A stretch of DNA of 63,043 nucleotides, counting the filler, from Octopus bimaculoides (taxonomy: Eukaryota): assembly GCF_001194135.2 (NCBI RefSeq). It is 4 parts of 4 records of this genome, joined end to end, with 100 filler letters (N's around TTAATTAATTAA, not from the genome) between each part and the next. Parts side by side here need not be neighbours in the genome. Positions count along the whole stretch, not along the records: positions 1 to 17,703 come from NC_068983.1; positions 17,804 to 34,152 come from NC_068995.1; 2 more parts are not named here. One strand, 5' to 3'. Position numbers and translations under genes: made by a program. Under the pieces are notes generated by a model, which ran no database searches, was not told the origin of the DNA, and saw only the letters and a program-made list of their open reading frames with translations. Below are positions 13,256 through 26,349 of this stretch, one piece after another (within the stretch, counting starts at the first letter, position 1; the number at the start of each line of letters is the position of its first letter).

Positions 13256-14214
13256 ATTTATATAGCCTATTTAACCCCTTGACTATATTTCGGCTTGTTA
13301 GAACAACTAATTAACAATTGATTTTCAGAATTTCATTAATATCACTTTTGGTTGTGGGTTTTATCTTTCCATCCAAATCATATTTCACTTAAAAGTGTTT
13401 TCAATAATATTAATAAGGTATTATATATAATATCTTAAACATAAATGACTAGAATGTCACTACACACACGCGCGCATGCACTAGCTCACACACACTCATA
13501 CACGCACAAACAACATAGAATTCTATTAAATTGCTAATGATATGTATATTTTTGTATACATAATTGTAGCGTTTGTTTGATGTATACCTATACGCCTATA
13601 TATATTTAACTGTATATATATATATACTATCAATAGTGTATATATACATATATTGATATGTATATATATATGTAATATATACATATGTACATATATACAT
13701 ATAGACATGCATAAAAATTACACATATATGCATATATATATATATGNNNNNNNNNNNNNNNNNNNNNNNNNNNNNNNNNNNNNNNNNNNNNNNNNNNNNN
13801 NNNNNNNNNNNNNNNNNNNNNNNNNNNNNNNNNNNNNNNNNNNNNNNNNNNNNNNNNNNNNNNNNNNNNNNNNNNNNNNNNNNNNNNNNNNNNNNNNNNN
13901 NNNNNNNNNNNNNNNNNNNNNNNNNNNNNNNNNNNNNNNNNNNNNNNNNNNNNNNNNNNNNNNNNNNNNNNNNNNNNNNNNNNNNNNNNNNNNNNNNNNN
14001 NNNNNNNNNNNNNNNNNNNNNNNNNNNNNNNNNNNNNNNNNNNNNNNNNNNNNNNNNNNNNNNNNNNNNNNNNNNNNNNNNNNNNNNNNNNNNNNNNNNN
14101 NNNNNNNNNNNNNNNNNNNNNNNNNNNNNNNNNNNNNNNNNNNNNNNNNNNNNNNNNNTTGACTTACTCTCTAACTTTTGCCGATGATATATATACATAT
14201 TACATATATGTGTA

Positions 14215-14425
14215 AAAATCTCATCACGCAATCGAACCAATGAAAGAGCCTCTACCTGGTCGCTCGATACGCTAAAAATAGCAGCCAAAGAACCCCTACC
14301 TAAATCACATGCCCATTGTATGTAATGTCGTACGTTATCCCTAAAAAGACGGTTTGCTGAAGGCTGGAATGTTTTCGATGATAGGTTTGCTGTATCGGGG
14401 TTGATTTGAGGCTAAATAACAGCAA
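14215..14425 (+). mobile_element. SINE 3' tail fragment
   Basis: CTGGTCGCTCG...AATAGCAGCCAAA...GGCTGGAATG...GGGTTGATTTGAGGCTAAATAACAGCAA. The terminal GGGGCTAA-CAA motif recurs at about 6430 and 33200. Confidence 0.55.
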
Positions 14426-15502
14426 TATTATGGTAAATGTTTATATTAACACCCACACGATTTTCACCAAGTAAAAAGAAATTGATTTTTTGCGTCGAAT
14501 CAAGTACCTTGACCTCCTAATATGCTGCAAATACTTTATTTTGGTTCGGAAAAAAATTATTCCCGGAATCATTAGGAATTTTATTCCGTTGAAAGAATTC
14601 CTGTGACCCAATATTGCAAAAGTAGGCTACTTAAGGTGAGTCTGGTTATTGATGGTCTTGGGGTCTTGTTGTTTGTAACTTTTGGTGAGTCATAGTGCAA
14701 CCAACAGCATGGTAAAAATCCCTGCCTTTAATTTGATGTGGGTGAGTATTATCAATTAATTCAATCACAGCATATATTTAAATTAAACATGAAAACAATT
14801 GTAATATTATCATTACTTACATGGAAAAATTGAAATATTATCTTTCAGTAATTTATAAGGTAAAATCTTAAATTATTAATTGACACATTATTAATAATCT
14901 CATAGCAGCAATGCCTGGAAAAATCGTGGATTACATGGAAAAAGGCGAGCATGAAAAATCATATTCTTACGATTATAAATCTGGAAAAGTATAGGACAAG
15001 CTATTGCTTCTAGTAAAGAATAAGAAGTGTTTACTTGAAATATTGGAGCTAAAATTAAAATTTGAATATTAAAACTTGTTTTATTATAGTTTACAAATAA
15101 TAATATACTTATTGAAGAACAATTTGGTTAATTTAGTACCTTAAATACAGAAAAAAGTGACTAATTAGACAAACTTACAAATTAGCTGAACAGTTTTGTA
15201 CAATAAATTTAAAAGATGAGAACTGTAAAGGGATAAATTAGAAGAACTGGCATTCTTTGCTGTAATATTGTAAGTAAAAAGTTTCTTATTCTTTATTTAC
15301 TAGAAATAATAGCTTGTCCTACACTTATACAGGTGTAATAATTTGTCCTGTACTTTTCCAGATTTATAATCTTAAGTATATTTCTTTTCATGCTAGCATT
15401 TTGCAATGTAATCTATAAATATATATGTTAGCGTTAAACTAATACATCTGTTTGTTGTCTATACCACCTGTCTTCGTCTTCTGTTTCTTTTTGTGAATTC
15501 GC

Positions 15503-15560
<58 letters not shown>

Positions 15561-16146
15561 GTGTGCGTCCATAGAACCAAAGTTAAGCGGCACCTCTAAA
15601 CATAAATATTTTTTCTCCATAACCAAAACCTTAACAACATTGTAGAATGGCAACCTTGTCCTTATTCTGTAACTCGGTGCTGTCTATCTGTGTTACAGGA
15701 TAACTCTACTTATCAGTAACTCTCTATAGAAATAACCAGACATAACACAATAATCATCCATTCTTTAATAGTTCCAGTGAAGCAAACATCTGACATAATA
15801 AGTTCATATATCAGCCTTTTGGGGTAAAATACCTCAGAGTGCGCTCGTAAAAGCGGCTATGCACATTGTTACCACCTATTACTTCCATCTTCCAGAGTAA
15901 TTCTATGGGATGTTTTTGCATGCGGAACATCTATTCATGGAGTTACATACTCTTTACAGCTTAGGCTAAATGGAATGTAAGTGCCCAAGGAATTATATAC
16001 ATATAATGGAAGCATACGCAAGGTTTTGTTATTATATTCTACATGTATGAAAATATACTGAAGAATAAAGATGTAGGCTACAAAATCGTATGTCGCAAAA
16101 CATTAATAACGTTTTAAAATTTCCATACAGTCTTTTTGGTTATTAC

Positions 16147-16184
<38 letters not shown>

Positions 16185-16282
16185 CCCCACACACACACAC
16201 ACACCTATACACACAGGCACAAGCACACACGTATATTTACATATATATGTATATATATTTATATGTATGAATATACGTATAT

Positions 16283-16300
16283 GTGTATATCTATCTATCC

Positions 16301-16354
<54 letters not shown>

Positions 16355-16792
16355 ACACACACTTCACACANNNNNNNNNNNNNNNNNNNNNNNNNNNNNN
16401 NNNNNNNNNNNNNNNNNNNNNNNNNNNNNNNNNNNNNNNNNNNNNNNNNNNNNNNNNNNNNNNNNNNNNNNNNNNNNNNNNNNNNNNNNNNNNNNNNNNN
16501 NNNNNNNNNNNNNNNNNNNNNNNNNNNNNNNNNNNNNNNNNNNNNNNNNNNNNNNNNNNNNNNNNNNNNNNNNNNNNNNNNNNNNNNNNNNNNNNNNNNN
16601 NNNNNNNNNNNNNNNNNNNNNNNNNNNNNNNNNNNNNNNNNNNNNNNNNNNNNNNNNNNNNNNNNNNNNNNNNNNNNNNNNNNNNNNNNNNNNNNNNNNN
16701 NNNNNNNNNNNNNNNNNNNNNNNNNNNNNNNNNNNNNNNNNNNNNNNNNNNNNNNNNNNNNNNNNNNNNNNNNNGTGTATATCTATCTATCC

Positions 16793-16846
<54 letters not shown>

Positions 16847-16862
16847 ACACACACTTCACACA
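16283..16862. other. Identical 88-bp sequence on both sides of an N-gap (probable assembly overlap artefact)
   Basis: 16283-16370 equals 16775-16862, including the (CTAT)n tract. Confidence 0.85.
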
Positions 16863-17294
16863 CACACACATCCCGAAATGCAACAATATCGGTTTCAACA
16901 CACGATTTTTTTCATCAGGAATCTTGCAACACAAATTAATAACCACACACACACACGCTCATATATATATATATTCATACCAATCTCCCACACTATTTAT
17001 TTGAATTTATTTCTCTAGGCTCTTGGTGTTGAACATTGTTTTGTTAATCATTTACTTTTTACACGAAAATGTTGCCACTTTAATCACATACATTAGTTGG
17101 GTTTCACTTTAATTTTGTTATTAATTGATTCAATAATTAATTTATCAGTTATAAATTAATGAATAATCATTTTCTTTTTTTCACATCTTGTAAACACATC
17201 TACAATCAGACAGTTCTTCCATGCTTATATTTCTTTCTTCTCCCTCTTTCCTGAATGTCCAGATCGTTGCATCTGAAGTTTAATTTTGATTATG

Positions 17295-17337
<43 letters not shown>

Positions 17338-17703
17338 TTTGCGATTATGCATAATATCTGTATGGTAATGTTAATGTGTGAATTTTAACAAAATAATGTC
17401 GAAAATGGGTAGTGCTTTTATTGCATGAGAAATAGTTCTTCATTTCAATCATAATTATCCATGTGAGCAGTCATACGTACATACATACATACATACATAC
17501 ATAAATACATACATGTATACATACATACATACATGGAGTATGCTCCTCTCTCACTAAATATATATATACGTTTGTGTGCGTGTGTGCATTAGCGCGTCCT
17601 TCTTGTGATTAATGATATCTTTCTGTCCTCTCTTTTGTGATTACACATTTGTTTTCTCTATCCATTTTGTAGTTTCGGGTTCTAAAACTGAGGAATTGTG
17701 AAG

Positions 17704-17803
17704 NNNNNNNNNNNNNNNNNNNNNNNNNNNNNNNNNNNNNNNNNNNNTTAATTAATTAANNNNNNNNNNNNNNNNNNNNNNNNNNNNNNNNNNNNNNNNN
17801 NNN
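17704..17803. other. Artificial scaffold-joining spacer
   Basis: 44 N + TTAATTAATTAA (stops in all six frames) + 44 N. Confidence 0.95.
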
Positions 17804-20253
17804 AGCGAAGTGTTTTTCTGAGCGCCATCTGTGTGTAGAACACATTGATGTCTATAGAGGCCCCACGTAGCGCTGCAGACCGCCACCGTTACACCACCAT
17901 TCGACCGTCCCTATCAGCCCCTTTAAAAAAAACTCCCCCCCCCCGCCTACCCCTTAAAAGTTATCTCTGTTAACCAATCACGTCCTAGTCTTTTTCTCTC
18001 CCTTATTTCATATACACCCTCCACCGTCACACACACACTATGCCTCTTTTCTCTCCCCTCCCCTTCTCCCCCCTCTCTTTCTCCTCTCACTCAGCCGTCT
18101 TTTCACTTTTTCTCTATCGGTTTCTTTAAATGTACCTTTCTCTTTCTCCCTCTCTCTCTTTCTGATTATCTCCTTATCTTTTTCTTTCGCTCTCCCCTCT
18201 CTCCCTCAATATTTCATTCATCACTTTCTACTTTCAGTCACTCATTCCCTTCCTCTCCTTTCAAATACTCTCCCTTACTCTCTTTCAGTCGCTCATACTT
18301 TCTTCTTTCTACCTCTTAGAGACACCTCACTCTCACTTCCTCTCTCTCTCTCTCTCTCTCTCTGATATTCGTGGTGTTTTATCACTTTTAACGGAAGTCA
18401 TCACAATTGACAGATTTAACTGGCAACCATTTTCTATTTCTGATTTTTCTCTTGATTTTTCTATCTTCCTCTTCCATTTTCTCATTGTTTCCCTATTATT
18501 ATTATTATTATTATTGTTGTTGTTAATTATTGTTGCTGTTGTTTTTGATATTGTGGTGGTTGTTGTCTTTTCGCCGTCAGCAATTCAGCGTTAAATCAGT
18601 CAAATAAATAAATATTTTAAAAAATCAAACAAATAAATAAATAAACGCGTGAAGATAAGGACGAAAGCAACATTATCAGCAGCAGCAACAACAACAGCAA
18701 GACCATCGGCAAAATCCTAAAATGACTGACCAAATCATTGAACTGACACTCACCTACGATTCTCTCCCTAACTTCATCATTTACGAAAAATAATTGAATA
18801 AATAGAAATGGCCGGGGTGGGGAGAGTGGGAGACTTCACTCTCCTACAATAATAGCAGATTTTCTCTTACGTCATCAGTTTGAATAAGATGATGATGATG
18901 ATGGCTTTTGATAAAGGCAGAAAACCAACAATTTTTGGAGAAGGACAAATGAAGCACTTGACTGGTGCTTTACTTCATCAACTCCCACCCCAACACAACA
19001 TAAAGGAAGATAAATCTGTTGATCTGATTGCAAAATCCCTCGGCAGGATATTTTTCTCAAATATTTTAACAGAGCAAGAAGATGGAAGAAATTCATGTTG
19101 TCGCTATTGTAGCGAAGAATAGACTACACTTCTAAGAAATGCATGAAGCCTATTGGGGTCACAGTGTTGTAAGGGATTGTAATTCATTTTTAATTCATTT
19201 AAATTCTACTTTGAATAAAGGACAAGAGTGAGTTGACAGCTGATGGCTAGGTATAGTCATAAATATCCATCATAAGTACCCCTTTTCTTCAGGGAGGAAA
19301 GAAAATATTAGTAATAAATTAGATATAAGTAACTGTCTATAAAAAGAGGCAGAGTAGGGGAAGACTTTAAATCATGATGTTAATTACCAGTTAAAGGGGC
19401 AAGACGCAAAGAAACCTAAGATGTTAACACAGGAAATTTTATGTTGGGTTCATTATGGGTGACTGTTTATAAACAATCCAGAAAAATAGGTAATTTAAAA
19501 AAAAATTTCTCTACAAATACGTTTTAGATGTTGTAGATTCTTATATTAGAATTTGTGGCGAAATAAAATTTCTTTATTCGAAGAGTGGAGAGAAGTTTTT
19601 CAGAAAATTCGCACAAGTCGGATTTATTTCCTCATAAGTTTCGGGATAATGGTTATTTTTGAATGAAATTTTCGACAAATCCCTCTACAGTATGTAGATA
19701 AAGATTATTTCGGAATTTAATTTGAAAATAAAAGCTGATGGGGTCGCTCACATACATACTGACACACGTCACATCTTTTTGCAGGAGAGGGGGGGGGGGA
19801 GAGTTCATTTCACAAATTCCGATATAATAGGAATCTACACCATCGATGGCAGTTATAGTTGATGTAATAGTGATGCTGGTGATTGGGGTAACAGTAGTGA
19901 GAGTGCGGTGGTGATGGTGGCGGATGAAATTTGGATAAAATTAACTGAAAATGGGCAGAGAAGAAGAAAAGTGTAGTTGGATGTGAGAGAAGACCATGAT
20001 TTAGTAAGAGAGAAGGCGGAGACGAACAAGGAGGGGGTGAGAGTAGTTAAGTGGTGGGAGGAGGCTAAGAGAAAGACAGAATGGAAGGAAGGAGGAGGAG
20101 CTTGATAGTAAAGACTACCTGTAGCTGAGAAAGCAAGGCGGAGTAAAAGTGGGCGTGGTTCGTTATTAATGAAAGTATAGTAAGCGATTGTTAAAGAGGG
20201 CGGTGACTGGTTTAGGTTCATACATACATAGACACACACGGGTATACATGCGT

Positions 20254-20299
<46 letters not shown>

Positions 20300-20394
20300 T
20301 CCCTTCGCCCTCGGAGAGTGAGAGAGAAATAAACCTTAGACAAAAATCTTAAGAGAAATAACGTGTGACAATGATTCAGAAATTGAGAAAGAAC

Positions 20395-20436
<42 letters not shown>

Positions 20437-20734
20437 TACAGAGGGGTTGGAGAGAATGAGACAAGGTAAGAAAAGGAGGTAGACAGATTAACATACAAAG
20501 AGAGAGAGAAAGAGAAGATTTCAAAAGAACGATAGTAAAGATGAAATAATAAGACTCGAGTTAATTATCAGAAAACAGGGAGCGAAAAGACAGGTAAAGT
20601 GAGTGAGAGAGGGAGGGAGAAGAAGAAGAGAGAGAGAGAGAGAGAGGGTGGAGACAAACTGAGGTTGATTAAATGAGTAGGCGGGGCTTAATATCTGACG
20701 AACTTCGAAAAAGAAGAGTGGTGACAGTGAGCGA

Positions 20735-20861
<127 letters not shown>

Positions 20862-21219
20862 GCGAGCGGAAGGCGAAAGAGAGGACGATGTGAAAAAGAG
20901 TGATTGGATGATACAAAGATGGTGAGAGTGGGAGGAAGCATATTGTGAAAGTTAGTGAGGGAGAGAAAGTGGGCGTGGAAGAAAAACTATGATCTTCCAG
21001 CCTTGTGTATATCGAGGAGTACATTCAACTAATGCGTCGTTCATCTTTAAAGCGGTAAGGTGTCATCTGAAGCATTTTTAGCTGCTATTTCCCCACGATG
21101 AGACCATGGAGACGGCGGCCCATTCTTGAACCATGTATATGACAGACAGACAGACAGACAGGATGTTTACTGTTCCGTTAAGGTATCAACAAAAAGAGAG
21201 TGTACTCCATCACTCTCTT

Positions 21220-21875
21220 TTTGCTTTACATCCTTTCGGGATCGATAAATTAAGTACCATTGAAACACTAGGTTCGACATACAGGTCGTCGTCGACTTAC
21301 GACCTATCCGTCTTACAACCGATCGACTTTACGACGATTGGCACGCCAGCTCCCGGCAGCAATAATAAATAGTCCAGTTGAAATCTAATGGGTTTAATTT
21401 CTTGGTAATTAACCCGTCTACGGATGATGTCAGATTACAAACGCTTCCCCTAGGTTTGCTTATCGGTCGCCCCTGGATGACTATCCTGTCGCGGAGACAT
21501 CGAGGAAACGTCGTTTATAAGACTTCATTTGTTTAGAAGACGACTACTTGAGACTCCGAAATGTTTGACTAACGCCACTATAAGAGCATAATACAGAATG
21601 CTGTGTGTGACTTTTACCTGAGAATGTACCTCAAGAATGTAAAAAATATAAAAGAAAGGTATGTAAACCGACTTACGACCATTCAGTCGGAACCATTTAT
21701 GGTCGTAAGTCGGCGACGACCTGTAATCGACTAAACCCAACCCCACAAAAANNNNNNNNNNNNNNNNNNNNNNNNNNNNNNNNNNNNNNNNNNNNNNNNN
21801 NNNNNNNNNNNNNNNNAAAAAAAAAAAAAAAAAAAAAATTCAGGGCTTGTGTTTATAATAGAAATTATTATTATC
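21220..21875 (+). mobile_element. SINE (GGCGAGCTGGCAGAA family) 3' half, interrupted by a MITE and a gap
   Basis: TTTACATCCTTTCGGGATCGATAAATTAAGTACCA...GGTTCGACATA | MITE | TAATCGACTAAACCC, with the tail resuming after the gap at about 21838. Confidence 0.75.
21282..21723. mobile_element. Tigger/pogo-like (Tc1/mariner superfamily) MITE
   Basis: TIRs CAGGTCGTCGTCGACTTACGACC and GGTCGTAAGTCGGCGACGACCTG, TA TSDs at 21280-21281 and 21724-21725, and an internal repeat CGACTTACGACC at about 21669. Confidence 0.9.
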
Positions 21876-21880
21876 ATTAT

Positions 21881-21955
21881 TAAGGCGGCGAGCTGCAGAA
21901 TCGACTAATCCCCTTCCCCTAAAATGTTCAAGGCCTTGTGCCTAGAGTAGAAATA
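21881..21955 (+). mobile_element. Internally deleted SINE (head fused to tail)
   Basis: TAAGGCGGCGAGCTGCAGAA joined to TCGACTAATCCCC...GGCCTTGTGCCTAGAGTAGAAA(TAA)n. Confidence 0.7.
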
Positions 21956-22002
21956 ATAATAATAATAATAATGATGATGAGGATGATGACGATGATGACG
22001 AT

Positions 22003-22210
22003 TTCAAACGTTTTCCGCAAGAGCATCTTGGGGAAGGGATTAAGTCGATTACATTGACCCCAGTGCGTAACTGGTACTTATTTAATCGACCCTGAAAGGA
22101 TGAAAGGCAAAATCGACCTCGGCGGAATTTGAACTCAGAACGTAGCAGCAGATGAATTACCGTAAAGCATTTCGCCCGGTGTGCTAACGATTCTGCCAGA
22201 ACACCGCCTT
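22003..22210 (-). mobile_element. SINE (GGCGAGCTGGCAGAA family)
   Basis: Reverse complement aligns along its length with the 3313 copy. Confidence 0.9.
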
Positions 22211-23227
22211 AATAATAATAACAAAAACAGCAATAACAACAACAACAACAATGATGATGATGATATTTCCTACGACTTGTATTCAGTTGCTTACTTAGCG
22301 ATTGGATTTGTGCGATAATCTAGAACCGCGGGTGAACCGGAGAACGAGAGTGTAAAATCGATAATGTTTGGAGTAGAGGGTATCTACTGATTGATTATGG
22401 CAACCCGCACCTGCCAGTCGCTACAATTAGTTTCCACGCAACCAGAAAAAAATAAAAAAGCTTGAAAGAAATTCAATAAGAATTAAAGAATACGTTTAAC
22501 CGCCAAGTTTTTCTTTGATAAAACAAACAATACAAAAAGTTGAGGTTTCAGTCGACAACTTATCAGTGACGAGTCATAAGAGTCCTTGAAATCAATCGTG
22601 TTTGTTTTATGTCTTTCACCTGTGTCGATCAGACTATTTCTTAACTATACGCTGGAGTAGGTGGGTTCAATACAGCGATAAAGGAATTACCAATTTCGCT
22701 TCATTAATAATTGAGAAGTTTTCTTCGGTGTGTGTGTGGGGGGGGGATAAACTTAATTTTGTCGATCCCTCTGTTTGTCTAAAGCGACATTTGTAATTAA
22801 TGATATTGTAGCCAGGACTAATTAGTTGACCAATTAATTTCAAAGTTTTATTCCTAGCTTTTTTTTTTGTTTTGTTTTTTTCTTTTTTTTTCATTTATCT
22901 CGTGTACAAACTTAGTTACTTTCTGCAATTTTGTTGGTAATCAATCAAAGAAAAAAAAATCTTATATTCATTGTGATCTAACAAAATAACAAAGCGAAAC
23001 AGCAGAGGCTTATGGGAAAATTAGAAGCAACAAAACAGAAACTAATAGACTGGCAAAATTCTAAGATTAAGGAATAAAAAGGTAAGTTTGAAGGAAACAT
23101 AGAATACTTTTTTTGGAATCGGTTGAATAAAGAGTGTCTGAAGAAGGCAAAGAACCAACCAACACTACAATCAATGTTCAGACAAAATTCTGCCATAGAA
23201 ACAGATTTATCATTTGTGAAAATGTAC

Positions 23228-23286
23228 GAGTCTGACCAAGAAACAAACGTTTTCCACTCTGCAATCTTCAGGTCTCGATTCAACTC
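23228..23286 (-). ncRNA. Decayed type I hammerhead ribozyme motif
   Basis: Minus strand reads GAGTTGA-atc-GAGAC-CTGAAGA-tTGCagaGTG-GAAA-ACGT-T-T-GTTTC-ttgg-TCAgACTC. Intact core, palindromic AACGTT stem III, two-part stem I. Stem II is weak and the triplet is UUU. Confidence 0.5.
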
Positions 23287-23297
23287 TTCACCTAACG

Positions 23298-23445
23298 CAG
23301 ATATGTGCAACCTTTTTCGAGAAGCCTGCCGCATGGAACACGGCTCACTATCAGGTGGGCCGCACAATTAAAAAAGAAATCAAGGTAATTTTTCGTTAGG
23401 CACGCTATCCAGAAAGTCCTGCGGGCTGCAGTCTACCAATCACTG
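23298..23445. mobile_element. hAT (Charlie/MER30-like) MITE
   Basis: CAG...CTG ends, internal GGGCCGCA motifs, and 8-bp TSD-like flanks ACCTAACG / ACTTAATG with central TA. Homologous to 52889-53033. Confidence 0.8.
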
Positions 23446-25084
23446 ACTTAATGTAACGACTTCAAGTTTCTCTAGAATAGTAGTCCTCATGAAGTAAAAA
23501 AACAAAACAAAGAAGCTTAAATGTGACATTGAAATCTAAACAGAGACATCCGATTGCTGATAGTTAAGGAGACGTGCTGAACGAGTAATTGGAGTGCCGG
23601 ATAAAAAATGCCTTGCACTATTTGTCCAGACTCGTTACGTTCTGAATTGATACCACACAGAGGTATCCACTTCTCTTTTGATCTTTCCGGTGCCAATCAA
23701 ATGAAATGTCAATCTAAGATGGAGAATTAATGAAATCGATAGAACATCAGAATAAATTCCTTGTTGTTCCTGTTACGGTTCTTTGCGTTCTGTGACGGTA
23801 CCGGGGCCAGGCAGTATTGGCCTTAACTTTTCCTTGGATTACATACATACATACATACATACATTATTATTATTTAATATACACAATTAAAAAGAGCTAC
23901 TAATAGTTTCAAGCTTCAAGATATTAAAATGGCAAATTCATATCACATGCCATCGTCTTAGCTCTTAATGCTTCGCACTGAACCTCTATGATTGACGTTG
24001 CAAGGTTCAACTTGAACATTAACCGTCTTAACTTCAAGTAACGTCCCTGCCTCCCCCCCTTCCCAACCCCATCTATCTCCCACCGCCACCACATCCACCA
24101 TCACTGTCACAGGCTGCAGTCGTAGTTGAAGGGGCAAAGGCTACGGGCAGCACCCTTTCCTTCAGAATCAATTGTAATTGTGTTTAAAGATCGTTTATTT
24201 CAAGTTGATCGAGAAGGGAAGGGGTGATGGAGGGGAGGCTGAAGAGGAGATGGAGGCATACTGCAGAGGCTGTGGTGGTGGCCATGGTGTATCGCGGGGG
24301 TTGTTCTGTTTGTGCGTGTGTGTGTGTGTGGGTGCGTGTGTGGGTGTCTGTGTCTGTGTGTATGGATGGGTGGACTTCTGATAGGAGAGTGACCTCAGTT
24401 AGCCATGTGTAAAATGGCTGTCGGTAAACAACCGGAAGTCGGATGTGGGTTGATACAAGACGGGTGGGGTGTGGAGTGAGGGGTAGAAATAGAAATTATA
24501 TAATAACAAAATATGGACAATGAAAAGCAATAAGCAAAAACCGTCTTTAACAAACAGCCCCCCCCCCCACGGCTCCCGACCCGCTTGATTCCTGTCTTTA
24601 AATATTCAACAAAAACCAAAAATTAAAAACAAAAAATAGCGAAATATTCCACAATCACACGAACCATCACCATTGATACAAATTTTCTTCTTCCTCCCCC
24701 CCTCTCTCTCTGTCAAGCCGCCTCCTACCGCTACCATTGCAACGTAACCCGTATCGGTGCCTCTCTGCAAGCCGCACCTCCACCGCCAACACTGGAACCC
24801 AACATCTCTCTCTCTCTCTAACCCCTCACCATCACACTCATAACACAATAACCACCGCCGCCGCCACAACAGAACCTCTACCCCCACCCCATCCTTCTCC
24901 TTAAACCATCAAAACCACCGCAGTATACAACTTCCCTCTCTCATCTCATCTTCCCCATACAGCCACCCCACCATCACCTCCATCGCCATCATAACCTTCT
25001 CTACTGGACCAACTAGAGAGGCTCTACATAAGTCACATCACCTGCTAGAAATAATAGAAATAATAGCCAATTCACCTTCTTCGA

Positions 25085-25210
25085 GAAGGAAACGAAAGGA
25101 CATGACACGATAAAAAAAAAACAAGTTGACCTCAGGGTCATTTGAACTCGAAGCAAAGGGTAGCGCAAAGCATTTTGCCCGACCCTCTAACGACTCAGCC
25201 AGTGGCTCCA
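25085..25210 (-). mobile_element. Decayed SINE head (GGCGAGCTGGCAGAA family)
   Basis: GTTGACCTCAGGGTCATTTGAACTC...GCATTTTGCCCGAC...CTAACGACTCAGCCAG matches the family in reverse. Confidence 0.6.
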
Positions 25211-25282
25211 GCTTCGTGTGTTATTACTGATGCTGTTGTTGTTGTTGTCGTCGTCAACTCTCCAAGTTTTTGTTTTTGTTTG

Positions 25283-25420
25283 TTGGCAGAATCGTGAACG
25301 CGTTCGACAAATTGCTTAGAGATATTTCTTCAAGGTTTTACGTTCTGGGTTCAAAGGCCGCCGAGGTCAGCATTGGGTTTCATCCTTTGAGAGGTCGATA
25401 AAATAAAGTACAGCTGTACT
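25283..25420 (+). mobile_element. SINE (GGCGAGCTGGCAGAA family), partial
   Basis: TGGCAGAATCGT...GGTTCAAAGGCCGCCGAGGTC...TTTCATCCTTTGAGAGGTCGATAAAATAA. Confidence 0.75.
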
Positions 25421-26349
25421 GAGCTGCCCACCCCTTCCCCTGAGCCTGGGCCAAAATTAAAAAGGCTTGATGTTGCGTGTCGTTGTTGTTGTTGTTGTTG
25501 TTTGCTGCTGTTGTTTTCGTTGTTGTTGTTACTTGTTCCAATAATTTTCCAGGCAACGGAGGAAAGAGGGAGCACACCTTGTCAACCGTCTCCTTTTCTA
25601 AGGTGCTTAGCGCGTCCGACTTGAACGCCATTTGGCTGCCATTTCTATTTTGCTATAATTGGTAGTTACTTACTCTTTGTTGTTGCAACAGTTTTCATTA
25701 TAACAGTTGTTGTTGTTGTTGTCATTGTTGCTGACTCCACAACCCCCACTTCCAATCATCACCGATCCAGCAAATCGCTAATCAAACCCACGCCAACCGT
25801 GATCATCCAGTTTTTTTCTTCCTTTCTAACATTGCTTCATGTGTTCTCCCTCTCTTCACACACAACAATATACTTTCAGGCTGCTATATCTAGCGGATTT
25901 GTGACTACGTAGTCTCCCTTATTGCCTCAATGATGATGATGATGACGATGATGATGACCACGGCGGCGGTGATGATGACGACGATGATGTTGTGATAGCA
26001 ATGATAACAACAGGAGCTAGTCCTCACCCCCCATTACCCCCAAACACCCTGTCCACCTTATCAAACTCGCCACCCCGCCGACACCGTATTTATAGCTAGC
26101 TTCCACCCGCATCTCACCCTTATGCTTTAGCACACATTTGTTTAACACTCCAATACGAACACTTTTCTCGTATCTGTAATCCACAACTGCAGCCCCACCA
26201 CAACCCTTCCAGCACAATATATCTCTCCCACACACACGGACGTGCGTGCGTGCGTGCGTGCGTGTATATATACGTTTATATATATATACACATGCATACA
26301 AATAATGTATGTAGACACTTCTGCTGATTATTAATAAAACAAATATATC

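Noticed and set aside
15430-15505. Possible pLTR 3' tip before (TA)n
   Set aside because: It resembles a recalled octopus repeat, but no ribozyme or second copy in the window supports it.
16879-16928. Minus-strand CTGATGA...GAAA-CCGATA hammerhead-like motif
   Set aside because: Stem II has two mismatches and proximal stem I does not pair; at best a heavily decayed remnant.
17748-17759. TTAATTAATTAA as homeodomain sites or a transposon target
   Set aside because: It is a synthetic linker centred in 44+44 N, repeated identically three times.
18880-19122. 80-aa ORF after a possible splice acceptor
   Set aside because: It starts in a (GAT)n repeat and has no recognisable domain or other support.
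20695-20715. CTGACGA-ACTTC-GAAA
   Set aside because: No stem II, stem III or stem I can form.
22978-23371. Overlapping 129-aa and 82-aa ORFs
   Set aside because: They run across a hAT MITE boundary and a hammerhead-like repeat, so openness is best explained by strand composition bias.
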